Source of the DNA: Haplodiscus bocki
Lineage: Eukaryota
Direction: 5' to 3'
Assembly: GCA_965655095.1 (NCBI GenBank)
Contig: OZ296649.1
Location: 4,650,001-4,714,000 of the forward strand
Length of the DNA stretch: 64,000 bases
The translations under genes and the position numbers were made by a program. The notes beneath the pieces were generated by a model. The model saw only the letters and a list, made by a program, of their open reading frames with translations. It was not told where the DNA came from and searched no databases. Shown piece by piece: positions 50,540 through 63,561 of the stretch. Position 1 is the first letter of the stretch. The number at the start of each line of letters is the position of its first letter.

Positions 50540-52093
50540 TGAAGTAATATGTAAAGTCCTGAACTTCGATCAATATTTCTGATTGCATACGTATTATCTA
50601 CGTATTATCTACGCTTTGTCTATGTATTATTCCGGAGTACTGATCCAGATTGGAACGGAACCGGTACGGAACAAACGGACATTTACTTATTTTTCTACTC
50701 GCCTATTTATATTTTGAAGCTGCTATCTTTATAAGTAAATTATGTAATTATTAGTATAATACCACCATCTCAACAAAGAGAGCAGTAATTAAAAATGGAA
50801 TTGACAATGTCGATGAATTTGCATAAATTAACTGCAGTATATAGAGCGTGACTTTAAAAGTGAATATTTGTTCCGTACGTGTTCCGTCGCTATCAATCTG
50901 GTGACGTCATTTGGAGTAAATCCAAACCACTGTGCTACAATGCTGTGTCATTTTGGCCCGTTACTGAAGGATTCAGTAGTCACTCATTTCATTCATTTCA
51001 GCAGCACTGAGACCAGCAGTGCTAAATGCAAATACCTAACCGTTTCCGAACACATTGATCAAAATGGGGAACCAGCTAGTAGATAAGAGTAACGGACTAG
51101 GAACAAGCCTAGTTTCGCTTCAAAAAGGTATTTAATTGATGAGCAGTCGAATTATATATAGTTTTTTTCATGTAATGATGAAGTTCCTTCATGATTTTAT
51201 TTAGTTTGATGAGTTTTCCTAATTTTCTCCAGTATGGGAAAACTTTTAATCTGCTGTTTAAAAAACATTTCTTGTGTCGTTGCGGGAATAAGCATTTTGA
51301 TGTCCATTTCTGACGGATGAGGCCCGTACTTTTTTCATTTAAATTGGAAGACACGCGGCTTATGAGGGAAGAGATGGATGGAGGGGTGTTTATCTCTCGC
51401 CACACCGGCATTTTTTAATTTATAGTTAATATGATTAAAATACTTTTCCCTAATTGTACCTTCACTTGGCGTGTAAACAGCCAAGGAAAAAAATAAAAGG
51501 AAAGACGAAAGGATTACTAAAAGTACTGTTATATTGATATTGCTGAATGTTATTCCCATTTTGTATTTCAATTAACCGTCATTTGATTGGGAGCTATTCC
51601 GCCATTGCAAAGAAAGCCACTTTTGTGTTGCACTCAAGGATTCAAATTGAAATTTAAAAAAAATCAGACTTCACCGCTGATGAATGTTTTTCCCGACGAG
51701 AATGGCAAGTCTGAGAAACAGGCAAAAACTTGCAGCTCCTAACAAAGGGAAATGGGAGGATCATCCTATGAGCAACCTGCCACACAACACAATTGTTTCC
51801 AGATCACAAGAGGATTATATCTCTCAAGTCTCTGAAAAAATCGAAGATAGAACAAACAAGAAGTTGTACAAGGAGTTCAGTTAGACGGAAAGCCGCAATC
51901 TAGGTGCTATCTACCAACTCCATCAGTTTCTTCTGAACCCACTAATCCAGGGCTACTCCGGACCCACTCCGAAGACATCCGGGAAAGCACTTCGCACAAA
52001 CTAGGGACCGAATGAGGGCGACTCCCAGAGTGATCCTCGTCCTGAAGGGAGTTTCTCTCACAGCTAAACTACCCAAGTTTTTGGCCTACGACA
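50540..52093 (+). repeat. 5' LTR (first ~170 bp missing or unrecognisable)
   Basis: 50540-50810 aligns with 63745-64000; homologous to both solo LTRs; ends TACGACA at 52093, followed by an eroded PBS-like TGAGACAAGAG. Confidence 0.8.
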
Positions 52094-53280
52094 TGAGACA
52101 AGAGCTCAAGAAGAGATTCCCTATTGCTCCCGTGGGACTTCAGGCAAACAAAAGAAAGCGCGCACATTTAGCCACAATTCCGCAGTGAAAACATGCCTGA
52201 GACAATTGAAGCAGACCAGTTTTTGTTGGCCTGTCAGCAGTTGGCGAGCAACAGCGACTCCGGCAAATTTAACAACAACATCAACAGGATTTCAAAACTG
52301 CCCAAATCGCTCACGACAACCATGACCACCTTCTATGGAAAATCAGAGAAATTTGACCTGTTTCAACACCTACTCCAAACAAGTTTAATTTTTCACGATG
52401 AACTCACAGAAGAAAACAAAATAAACTATTTCCACTCTCTCATGCGTGATGATGCACTGCAGACGTTCAGAAACATCAGCAGCCAACGTAGAGAGAATCT
52501 GGGAGCCATTATGCCTGTGTTCCATAGGAAGTGCATGAAACCCCAGTCGATTGTTATGGCGAAACACAAACCTCAACAACTGATTTTCAATCCGACGAAC
52601 CAAAAGTTAATTGATGCTTTGGACGAACTCTAGAAACTAGCAATAAAAGCATTCGGAGTTGCTGTCCAAGCGATCATAGAACATTCTATGTATGCCATGA
52701 TGCCTCCATTCCTGAAGAAATCCGTGATTTAAGCACACTTGGAGATAGAGACCTACGAACAGTTTGCGTCACAGATTGAAGAAGAGTTAGAGCTGAGCAG
52801 CCTGTAGGCCCCGAATGAAAGGCAAATAAATACTGTGACGCAACACGCCTCAAAATCAAACTCTGAAAAACCAAAGCGGACATCTCATCACTTCAAAGAA
52901 CCAGATCACTATCGTGCACAATGCCACCAACTCAACAGAGGAAAAAACCAAACTGAAAACTAAAAAATAGTGCTGTCATTAACAATAACAACAACATTGG
53001 TCAAAAAAACACTAACCCTAACAATAAAAATGGCAATAATAGCAATGCTACCAACACAAACAACTGAAATGACAGGAAACCAAGAACTGTCTATCCACGC
53101 AGTGAGACTCGTGGCAGAACCAACCATTCCTCAGAGAAAATGGTTTTTGGAGCCGATGCAGCTAACAGACTGCCTCCTCGAAATGGCAGACCAATGGGAC
53201 AGAGTCAAAATCAACAACAAGAGACACAAAACAAAATTTATGCAAGTGCCTAGGCTGCAGCCCAATTTTTGGAACAGAAA
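51701..53280 (+). pseudogene. gag: Gag (starts inside the 5' LTR)
   Basis: MASLRNRQKLAA...; capsid-like TTFYGKSEKFDLF...KINYFHSLMRDDAL; eroded zinc knuckle TSHHFKEPDHYRAQC. Confidence 0.85.
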
Positions 53281-53289
53281 TGCCACGTC

Positions 53290-56200
53290 TTTACTCCGAA
53301 ACTGCTTTTGACAGAACGGAGAACACCACATTGACAAAACTTCCACCAAATTGAGACTGTCTGACAGCAACCCACGGATACATCCGCTGACCACCTCAAG
53401 ATAGATAGTACTCATAAAGACTTTGCAATTGAAACTACTCAAAGGACTCTAGAACTCACAGACACAAAACAATATGACGTAGCAAATCAAACGTCGCCAC
53501 TGAAAGGAATCCAACCTCTAAGCTCCGTAACTGCTACGGAACAGTTCCAGGAAAGTCATGCTGGGAAGGGATTGGTACCGTTCCTCAACGGCCCCTATAG
53601 TTGTCCCAACGACATCTAAGATTCAACAAAGCACATAATGACTACCCATTGCGGAGGTAACAATATTCTTCCTCTCACAATAACAACCCGACACATTGAA
53701 CAAAGGTTAGCGAGAGATGAACGAACCATTGAAGTCTATCTCCAGCTAACTTCTACAGTAGTCTTGAAACGCAGAAAAGAAATGCTCTATGTGCTTCTGG
53801 ATTTCACGAACGGCCTAACTAAAGACGCCCTAGCAGACTCAGGAGCTTATGTCAAGGCAATTGCCCAGAATGAATTGGACAGAATAAAACAACAGGCCCC
53901 AAATATTGTTTTCAAAAACGACGACCCTCCCAAATTTCAATTATAAGTAGCAAAGGGACAGTTGGAGAAACCATTAGCAACAGTCAGAGTTAAATTTGGT
54001 CTTGGAGATAACACCTGTGCCGAACATTTTGTTGTAATGAAAAATTTGTCAGGGGCATTTTTCGGAATGCACTTCATGAGACACAATAGTGTAGTCGTTG
54101 ACACGATGCATGGTCTCATACATCTTCCACACTTGACAATGCAAATCAAAATGGCTCCGAACTAAGCAAGGGCAGAACCCCAATCTGTTCACACTGACGA
54201 TACCCTCAGAACACCACCCAGGGCAACGATATTCACTACAGTTTTTGTTGATCATATTCCGGAATGGAAGGCAACAAGGCTGTGACAAGAATTGAGAATT
54301 TTACGGAAACAGCAAGGTTGCTGACTTCCCGCTCAATGTCAACGAGATTAGGCAAAAAAAGTAGCAGTCACAGTAGCCAATACAACGGAATCAGCAACTT
54401 TAGTCAAGAAGAATACACAAATTGCCGATTCTCCGTAGTCACTGCAGAGCAATCGAAATTCATCAAACCGGTGGACATGGCAATCCGCAATATGATTCCG
54501 GAAGACATCCCAATTTGACCACCTACTTCAACTAGATCCTGAGAACGAACAAACTAGAACAGCAAAACAACACTTTCTGGTTTCCTACATCTAAAAATCA
54601 TGGTAAAACTGAGGATCACAGACCAGTACAGACACAAATCCTCAAAGAAAAACTGCAACTACAGCAAAAGTAGAAATCGATCCACAAGACGACACGAAAT
54701 CACATATTCAAATCTTTGAACGATTTCATTGGACAAATACAATGCTTTCAGAAGCTGAAAAACAAGCAATTGAAGATATTTTGACTGAAAATTATGACAT
54801 TTTTGCCAGACACCGAATGGATATTGTGTTGAGCACGGAGTCTTACTTGAAACTCATTCCAAAAAACAATAAAGCCGTTTACTGCTAAAGATAACCAATG
54901 CCAATCCACGTGAAAGAAGATCTAATTGTTGAAATGGCTTTGATGCACCAATATGAAGTTATTACAGTACTGCCTTTTTCCAAGTACAAAAGTCCCATCC
55001 TCGCACAGAGAAAACCCAACAGAAAACCACGTATTCTTGTGGATCTCCGGAAACAAAACAGTCAAATTGCAGATTAAAACAGCAACAGCAATCACCTAGT
55101 CATCACTTTGTCAGGCGCAGCACAACACCTGGCAGGGAAGTCTCTCTTCTGCAAGCTTGATTGCTCCCAGGCGCATCACTGTTGGCAGATGGTGGACCAA
55201 CGGTCAAGGGAAATGCTTGCATTCAATTTTGCTGGGAGTTTTGCCAACAAAGAGCTTGTACAAGGTCTCAGCGTACTTAGTACTTTGTGTTTGCATTCTC
55301 AAGTTTCAATTGTGAGTATTTGGAACCAGTTGTCCAAGCTGACCAATGTGCTCAATACCTGGGCGATTTTGGGATCGCAGAAAACAAGGCTACGGATCTT
55401 ACCCGGAACGGATGGGCAGTCCTCATGTGAATTTGACAAGCAGGGTTTAAACTGACAGAAAACGGTCAGTTTGGAGTCTGACAGGTTGAATTCTCTGGCG
55501 GAACCATTTCACCAGGAAGCAATTCACCTTGAACTCGGAAACCTCAGAACTTTGTTGGCAATCTCAGATAACCCAAATCGAAAAAAGCATAACAACGCTA
55601 CCTGGGACTCGTGAGTTACTACGGAAAATATATTCCCATGATGGCTGAAAAGTAAAATCCCTTCTAGAACTTGCTCAAAAGAGAAACGCTATTAATATCA
55701 CTATATACCTCAGAGAAACATTTGATTCAGTAAACAAAGCGCTCACAACAATGCTTGTGAATTAGCATCAAAATAACCCTTTTGAGTGAAGTAACTAGTC
55801 TTCATGACTCATACAAGCTTCAGAAGCACTGGTTATGCCCTCATGATTGAGAATAACCTAGACCAGAAGATCCAATCAAAGCGGAAAATAATAGCCCCTG
55901 CGGCGTTCAGATCAAATATCATTTCCCCTGCGCAACTCAAAATGCCCATCCACTCGAAAAAAAATTTTGGCAATCAACATGGTTTTTATCAATTTGGCAC
56001 GGAATTTGTGGGAGACAACAAAACCAACGACTGTCCTAACAGATAACGAGTCAGTCACAAATTTTTTTCCAAACAAAAGCAGTTCCATCAGCGTTGAGGA
56101 AGGCATGTGTTTATGTGTTTATGTGTTGCAAATTATCTTCAAAACTGCACACATTGCTGGCTCAGGCAACACAGAAGCTGACCTTCTCTCCACACTAGAG

Positions 56201-58133
56201 CTCAGAGTTACGGAGAGAATCTGTCTCAAAATCCGGGAAGAGATGCAAACAACACCGATTGATTTAACCAAATTTTCCTTGGATGACGCTGACGAAGATT
56301 AGTTCTTATTTGACCTAGCATACATCAAGGACGAGTCAGAGCAACAAACCCTTCAACGAAAAGATCAAAAGATTGGGTAGCAAATGAGGAAACAACCCCT
56401 TTGAAAACTAGTGTCGAAGAATTTACAAAGATCGACGGAAACACTACGTCGTATTCCACCAAGAATGGAATCAAAGCAAATGCACAAATACGAGTAGAGC
56501 TGGACGTTGATCTGTTTCTGATGAATTTAAAACCGAAGATTTTAGGCCAATTTTATGACGAAGTGCCACTGACACCAGATGGACGATACAAGCACTAAAA
56601 AACAAATGAGGATCACATAGTTCTCAAAAAAGGCCTACTGTTCCGGAAAAACTACGGAGAAACTGTTAGCGTCAGATACTACCAAGTTCTCATACCAAAA
56701 CAACTTGCTGATGAAACACTCCGGAACCAACACAAAGAATTTGGTAGACATCCTGCAATTACCATATTAGTAATGGCGTACAGGCGGAAGTACTACTAGC
56801 CAAACATGGCGCAGTTGATAAGGAAGTGGACCACTACGTGTGAACATTACTTCAAGGAATCACGAATTGATAACAGACTCACCCTGCAGAAGCCCAGTGA
56901 ACACATCACAGCACAGAAGAAACCCTGCCAAGTGACCTGGTTCCGGAACTACCTCCGTCCGGTGGCTATCAAAATATCGCTACAGCTATGGATGTCTTTT
57001 CAAGAGATCTGTTTGCCTACCCTACCAAAAGCCAAGATGCTTAAACAGTTGCCAGAGTTATTATCAACATCATGATCAAGCACGCATACTTGCTGACATA
57101 AATCATTTCCGACAAGGGATCTGCCTTCGTATCCCAACTGATAAAAGAAGTAGCAGACGTCCCAGGATTAACTTCAGCATATGCAATTGGCATGCTTGAG
57201 AGAACACATACCTCACGGAAGAAAGTAATTTATATCAAAATAGGCGAACAATGGTGAATGTGGGACAAGTACGTCGACATTGCTGTTTTAAAGTACAACA
57301 CGTCCTTTCACACAACCATTGGGTGTGAACCTAGTCAAGTGTTCCACGGACGTCTTCTGTACAATGTACTTGACTTGAAAAGGGTCATCCGTCGGACAAA
57401 AAAATCTAATCAGATTTCTCGAAATGCCCAAGACGTTCTCGATCAGACCGAAATAATTTTCCAGGATGTACGCAAAATGCAATGCACGCTTACATCAAAT
57501 ACAAAGCCCACTGTGACAAAAAGCAACTGCTTCAAAACTCAAAGAACGCAATTGCGTCTATGTGCCATACCCCGAAACAGATCATCAAGGCAGCAAAATT
57601 TTTTCAAAGACTTCCGTTAGATTGGGCGCTATGTCATCGAGTTTTTTAAACAAATGACAACTAACTTGTCTGCTCGGTTAGAAAACATAAAACACAAGTC
57701 CTTAATCGCATGCGACTATAACTGTTCACGTCCGGAGAATCCATACCTGACGTACAAACCACAAAGCAAGATCTGGAAGTCATCATTAAACATGTTGGTT
57801 TGTACGCCAGAGCATGGGAAACTGATTTTGGAAACCTCGCTTTCGACAACAATCGTGACGGAGCGAGCCCACCTAACCGGCGTGAAGTGACAATAGAATC
57901 TGAGCAAACAAATGGTGAAATGTGTAGCACACCAGGAACCCCACAAGAGGGTTCCCGAGAAATTTTCCCCCAAGGGACGGATCGTGTGACGCAACGGATA
58001 CAAATCCCTACAAGGAACCTGATGCGGAGATGAGTTTGGAGCAACTTAACCCTAACCCTAGCAACCCCCGCAGTGAAAAATTTACCTGCGTCACAATCCC
58101 AAGCCTAACTATCACTACGATTACAGATACTAA
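53290..58133 (+). pseudogene. pol: Pol polyprotein (protease, RT, RNase H, integrase)
   Basis: LADSGA protease site (~53830); RT LVDLRK, KLDCSQAH and eroded YxDD (QYLGD, ~55355); RNase H MTHTSFRSTGYAL; integrase HPAIT and SDKGSAFVS (~57110). Many stops and frameshifts. Confidence 0.92.
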
Positions 58134-58486
58134 ACAGTCCACCTATCTTAGTATACTCCACGGAAAACATAAGTACTCTTTCCAGAAATCCTGCGAACGT
58201 GCCACGGAACCGATACGTACTGATTCAAAGAACTCTTCCTACCTAATTGTGGATACTCCCTGGCGACTTACTACAATTATTACTCAGTGCTACTTGCTTC
58301 AAAACATGGCCAAAAGTGGTAAATTCCTATCTACAAACAGGCTGAGTTCAGACTAACTATGATTTCAAAGTTGACAATACTAATATATACACAAAAAAAC
58401 AGATTAACAGATTGCAGGTAAGTGGAAAATGAAAGACAGTCTGGCAAATTGCGAAGAGGAAACAGTTTGAATTTATGGCAACTCCC

Positions 58487-61400
58487 TTAGAAAAGGCTTG
58501 CAACTCTTCGATCCAGTCCACTTCGGCGCGATTTCTCACGGGAGGACTGCGTTGTCATTGAAGACGCGAAAGTTGGATCTTGAACCAAAAATCCTTTCTG
58601 AGGGTTGACTGGCGGACTGACAACCTCAAACTGACGCGGCAGCTTCGCAGACACCCGCGACACTTTCTTTTTCCTTTTTCCTGGAGGAATAAATTCTGTT
58701 CGGAGCAGGAACATTTCGGGAATGAGCAGTCATAGGCACGTAATCAACCTGCGCGTCCTCGACCACCGTGCAAATACGCACGCCGTATTGTGAGGTGTTT
58801 TCTCTGGATGATGGTCTCACAGCACCCAGTGCATACGACTGCTCGCTTGTATCTTTCGCACTACGACGATCATCGAGCGCTTTCTCAAAACACGCGGGCA
58901 AATCACCCACGAATTGAGCTGATGACTCAGTCTGGACCTGACACTACGCAGCATAAAACGAGCTGCTGGTGATGCTGTCAGAGATGGCTGCTGCTTTGGA
59001 CAACATAGCAACCAAAATCATGGACATAGAGCAGAACACCACGCACTTCCTCTTCATTGACACGCACCCGATCCACGTTTTTGATGAAATTCTAGCCCGT
59101 CGTCACTGGCCCACGAATGACAAGTGCTCCTGATTGAAAGACTTGAAACAAGCTACAAGAAAAACTAACTTTATTAAAAACACTTTTTCCTACATGATTG
59201 AAGACAATACACACTTTACACAGATGGCGCCGAACACGGAAACCAACCTGTGAAGGGCAAAAAATGAAGGAGTTCCTTATGTCAGGGCGGCTCCTCGTTG
59301 AAGTCCAGTCAAGCTGCTTTTGCTCTTGCACAAACTACTGGTACTGGGATGTGCAGGCCTCCATCTCAGCACCTTTTACCTAGAGTTTCTCCAAAAGTCC
59401 AACAAGCAACATGCCACAAAATTGCAGACGAGCATGTTCATCTCCGCCAATTAGTATGGGAGGGCAGAAGCAACTCAACCCTTGGCCTATAACAGACCTG
59501 TTGTCAACAGTAGACAGAACGCAGCTTACAAAGGCCTGAAGAACTTCCTCGCGTCTCGCCGAAACTCGCTTTTCAGATAGTAGCTCCCACTTTCTTCGCT
59601 GGCTACCAGAACTCGTGTGCCAGCAAGGAATCGTTCTTTTTATATGGCGGCAAATTTTGAATGGTTGAGAGTCGTGTAGTAGCCTCACTGCTCCACATTA
59701 GCTAGGGCATTACACTTCTTTATCTTCGAGAAATAAAACAATTCACGAAATGAGCAACTTCACCACAGGCGTAGAACCCATAATCGGCTGCGTACTGAGG
59801 GTGTACAAAATTGGTGACAACTGAAGCAGCAGCATGAGTCAAAAACATGGAACCAACGTCACAATGGCCCAAAAAAGAAGCAAAATGCCTAAGACTCATT
59901 TCACAGAAAACGTGGAACCAATGAGGAACAACACTAGTGAGTTCCTAGAAATTTTCGTGAAACAGATCAGGAACGACTTACTAACAAAAAGTTATATAAC
60001 ATCTGAACACAGCCATAAACTTACACATCTCAAGCATCATGCGGAAAAAAGATAACTTCAGGCGAACGGACTGGTCAAGATAAAAATAGCCATCCAGCCT
60101 CGTCTTCTAAATACCAAAAATTCGATATAGAAGAGTGCAGAAATTTGTTAGTTCGAAAGAGAAAAGAAGACCTTACCACAAGACTGTCGCCATCATCTTT
60201 TAATCCCTTCTCCTTGAGATATAACACGATCAGGGGCATCCCTCTCTCAAAGTCGGTCACGAGTTCAATAACCTGCGGCATGGCGAGGTTGCTGGTAATG
60301 ATGGATTTCTTCAAGGTGGGACAGGAAGCCATCCAATCACAAACCACTGCTTCCTTCAGTCTGTTAACATTGCACTCCGTCAAAGAGTAGGGGTTTAGAC
60401 TGCCAAAGACGCTAGAGGCAGTTCGTTGAAGGCAGCGGTAAACAATCGTAAATCATAGCACTGGAATTCCATCAACTTGTGATGATACCCGCTGCCCAGA
60501 AATGACGCTTACGCCTCAATGAGCGCACGTGGGCCACCATGCAACGACACCACACGAACAATGGTTCCAAAGGCCTCAATGATCCGTCCTAAGGTCCTCA
60601 CTTCCTGGTTGACGTTACCACTGAAACGGCTCAGATTGGCAACGCAGACTCTGTGAAACTCACCCAGCATCGACGGAGAACCCAAATGTGATAGCCGCAC
60701 TCTTCCACATCAATCCCACAGTATCACTGAGCTTTGACCCAGGTGAAAGTCTTGCTGAGGATACGGGAATACATGCCGTTCAAAATGATGGATTGAAAGC
60801 AAAACAGCAAGGAATCAATCTGAACAACTACGTAAAACATGGAACAAGTCAAACACTCACCGGAACGTGATCAGTTGACCATGTCACGTCTACATTCACT
60901 TGCCCGGAGACAAGAGTGGAACGGGACCAGAGCTGGTGGACAATTTCTAAGCTCCCACCCAAACGTAATGCTTCCACCAATGATGATAGCTTTGCCAGCT
61001 CTGGGAGATTGACGTCGACTGTCCCAGAACTTTCCATGATCACGTCCTCATAGAAAACATCTTCCTTGTCCCTAGCCATTTGTGGAGTCTTCAGAATCCG
61101 CTCCCACTGCCACTCTATCTGCTCATCTGTCGTGGGACTCCCTCAGTAATCCAGTGCGCGGCAGCCGGGAGTCTCCAGTCAACACGTTTGCCGCGAGGGA
61201 AGTGCTTTGGCTCCTGAAAATGCGGTAGATATTCGTTCAGCCCATGGGTGAGCTCGGACACTTTCCTCCAGCACACACCGCAAAAAAATGACTGGGTCTC
61301 TTGGAATTATCAGTGGGTCCGGTCACAAAGAAGCGGCCTAACTCAACCGCCCCCACACCTTCTTTATTCTGTCGGTCCACTTTGAACGGACTCGTTCACT

Positions 61401-62470
61401 ACCATCAGTCTCGTCGCCGCTGGTGTCAGTGGTCTCAACCATCCAAGGAAAAGCACTTGGTGGACCCTGATCTAGGCGCTGTACAAGCCCCAAAACGTCA
61501 TCCAACCCTGTAAACAAGCAAACATACAAAGAAGACATGAAAGAAGAACAGGTGGATAATACGGAGACAATACTTACTATTCAGTAGAGATTCCAAAATT
61601 TGTGCCCTCTCCTCCGCGCAAATGGACCGACATAAGATGACAAGTTGATGTCTTGTTGCGTTGATAGTAGTTGCAGCAGGATCAGTTGTGGAATGGTGTG
61701 AGAAAAGAATTAAAATAATGGGGAACTGCTCTGGAACGTCACAACAATTCTCATATAAAACAATACATACCATTGTCGTTTGCGTCCCCTAAAAACAATG
61801 GACTGCGCTCGCGGTCGTCATTTGGAATGGGAACGGCGGTAGTACCAGTGAGGGTCACTAGGCGTCCGGTAACGATCGCACATCGTTGTCTAATCTGGCT
61901 CATGGTCTCAACTTCGGCCGAGATTTCCCCACCTCCGGGACAATTTATGTCAGCTTCAGCCTGACTTGGTAAAGTATCACAAAAATACCATCGTCCGGAA
62001 CTCTGCCGAACGCAATGTATTTATTGCCGCAAACTTGATGTGAAATCAAAGGGAGGACTCTGTGCAAAATTGGGCACCTCGTCACAAGATGTCAGAGGAC
62101 CAACTTCAAACTCGACTCCGGATCCACCCGGAACGTGTACAACATCATCCACCGGAACGGACAGCACGCTCCTCGGAAGAATCGAACACTAATACATAAT
62201 AGTCCCATGATGCCATCTTCATGTAAAAGCGCGCTAAAAACTAGCTGGTGGAAAATATGAATGGTCACTGAATTAGTCCTACAAACAACGAGCTAACGAA
62301 AAGGAGGAAGGAAGACTTTTCTAATGGCAGTTCGGACGTAGTGACAAAACCCTCTAAAACAGACTCTGGAAAAAGGTTTACTGGAACCAAGGTATCTTCA
62401 AGCAAGAATCTTTCAGATTGTGCGCTCTCATCTCCACGTCCATCGCCAACACCATCCACAATACTCCCCC
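58487..62470 (-). pseudogene. Antisense multi-exon gene inside the Gypsy element: zinc finger plus hAT-transposase-like protein
   Basis: GT-AG introns at 61508-61577, 60107-60176 and 59821-60024 join exons in frame; eroded introns at ~61700-61770, 60793-60860 and 59143-59214; motif FFCGVCWRKVSELTHGLNEYLPHFQEPKH. Confidence 0.7.
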
Positions 62471-63550
62471 GCTTCCATCGTGTGCATCATCCACACTTGC
62501 TTACTCAGCTCCAGGAACAATCTCGCCGCCTAATTGCTCAAGCGCTCTCGTGGTACACTCCTCTCATTCTCTATCTGCTGAATTTAAATTGAGGACAAAT
62601 GGGGGATCAAGGGACAACCTTCTCGCAACATCATGTTTAGCTATCGCCAACTGTCTTTCATCCATTACATGGTGGATTTATAGTTTTTTTGTTAAAAAAC
62701 TAAGATAATAATATCTCAAGTCGGCCAGCAGAGACCTCAGCATGTATTTTCAATGACACATTGAAAATTGATGCTGAAATGTTCCTCATTTTCAAATTCT
62801 ACATTTTCAATTTGTTTTTAAAGTATCAACTTCATTGAAGCTCACCGATTACTTGACTCCATGAATCCAATTGCTTACCGCGGGAAGATCAAAGGTTTTC
62901 CAGACTGATGAAAGTTTACTGCCGCTTCCCTGTTCTTCTTCAGTCACTTATTCATGTCAACCTGTCGAACTCAGTAGTTAAACCGTAAATTTCATTTCTT
63001 TGAAAATGAGCAACAACAACTCTTTCAATTCGACAAATTCAGACTTCTTCTGTGTGGAACAATTGTCCGGCGTGCAAAGACCAAAGCGAAATAACACCCA
63101 AGAAATCCTTAAGTCCACGGAACTTTCCGGAACACACACAAGGTAAAAGATCACCATCTCGACCGTGGCGTCCCCGGCACTCCAAAAAACTGACAATCAA
63201 TTCGGACTCAAACGAGCCAACTTCCTTTCTCGCCATGGGAGGCAAGATCCTATAATTACACCCAGTTTAAACGACTTGAATCTGCCGTCTAACTACTTTA
63301 GCAATCGGGCAACGGTGGCGGTTGTACCACCTACAATGCGTCAATGCGAGGAGAGAGAAAACCCACAATCACCGGTGCCGTCAGAACTGTCATCGAGTTT
63401 AACGCCACCAATGAACATTCGTACAGCTAAAAGATGACACGTTCTACTCATAAGAGGAGCCCCGAAGAATAATCCGACTTTCAAGCCCCTCTCCTTCAAC
63501 GCCACCCAGGAAATAGAAACGGAAGCTCAGCATAAGGACGTCCTTTCCCC

Positions 63551-63561
63551 AAAAAAGGGAG
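63551..63561 (+). promoter_or_regulatory. Polypurine tract
   Basis: AAAAAAGGGAG immediately before the TGTCGCAG LTR start. Confidence 0.8.

Noticed and set aside
58140-62600. Possible env gene downstream of pol
   Set aside because: The coding signal is antisense and intron-split; no sense ORF with signal peptide, furin site and TM anchor was seen.
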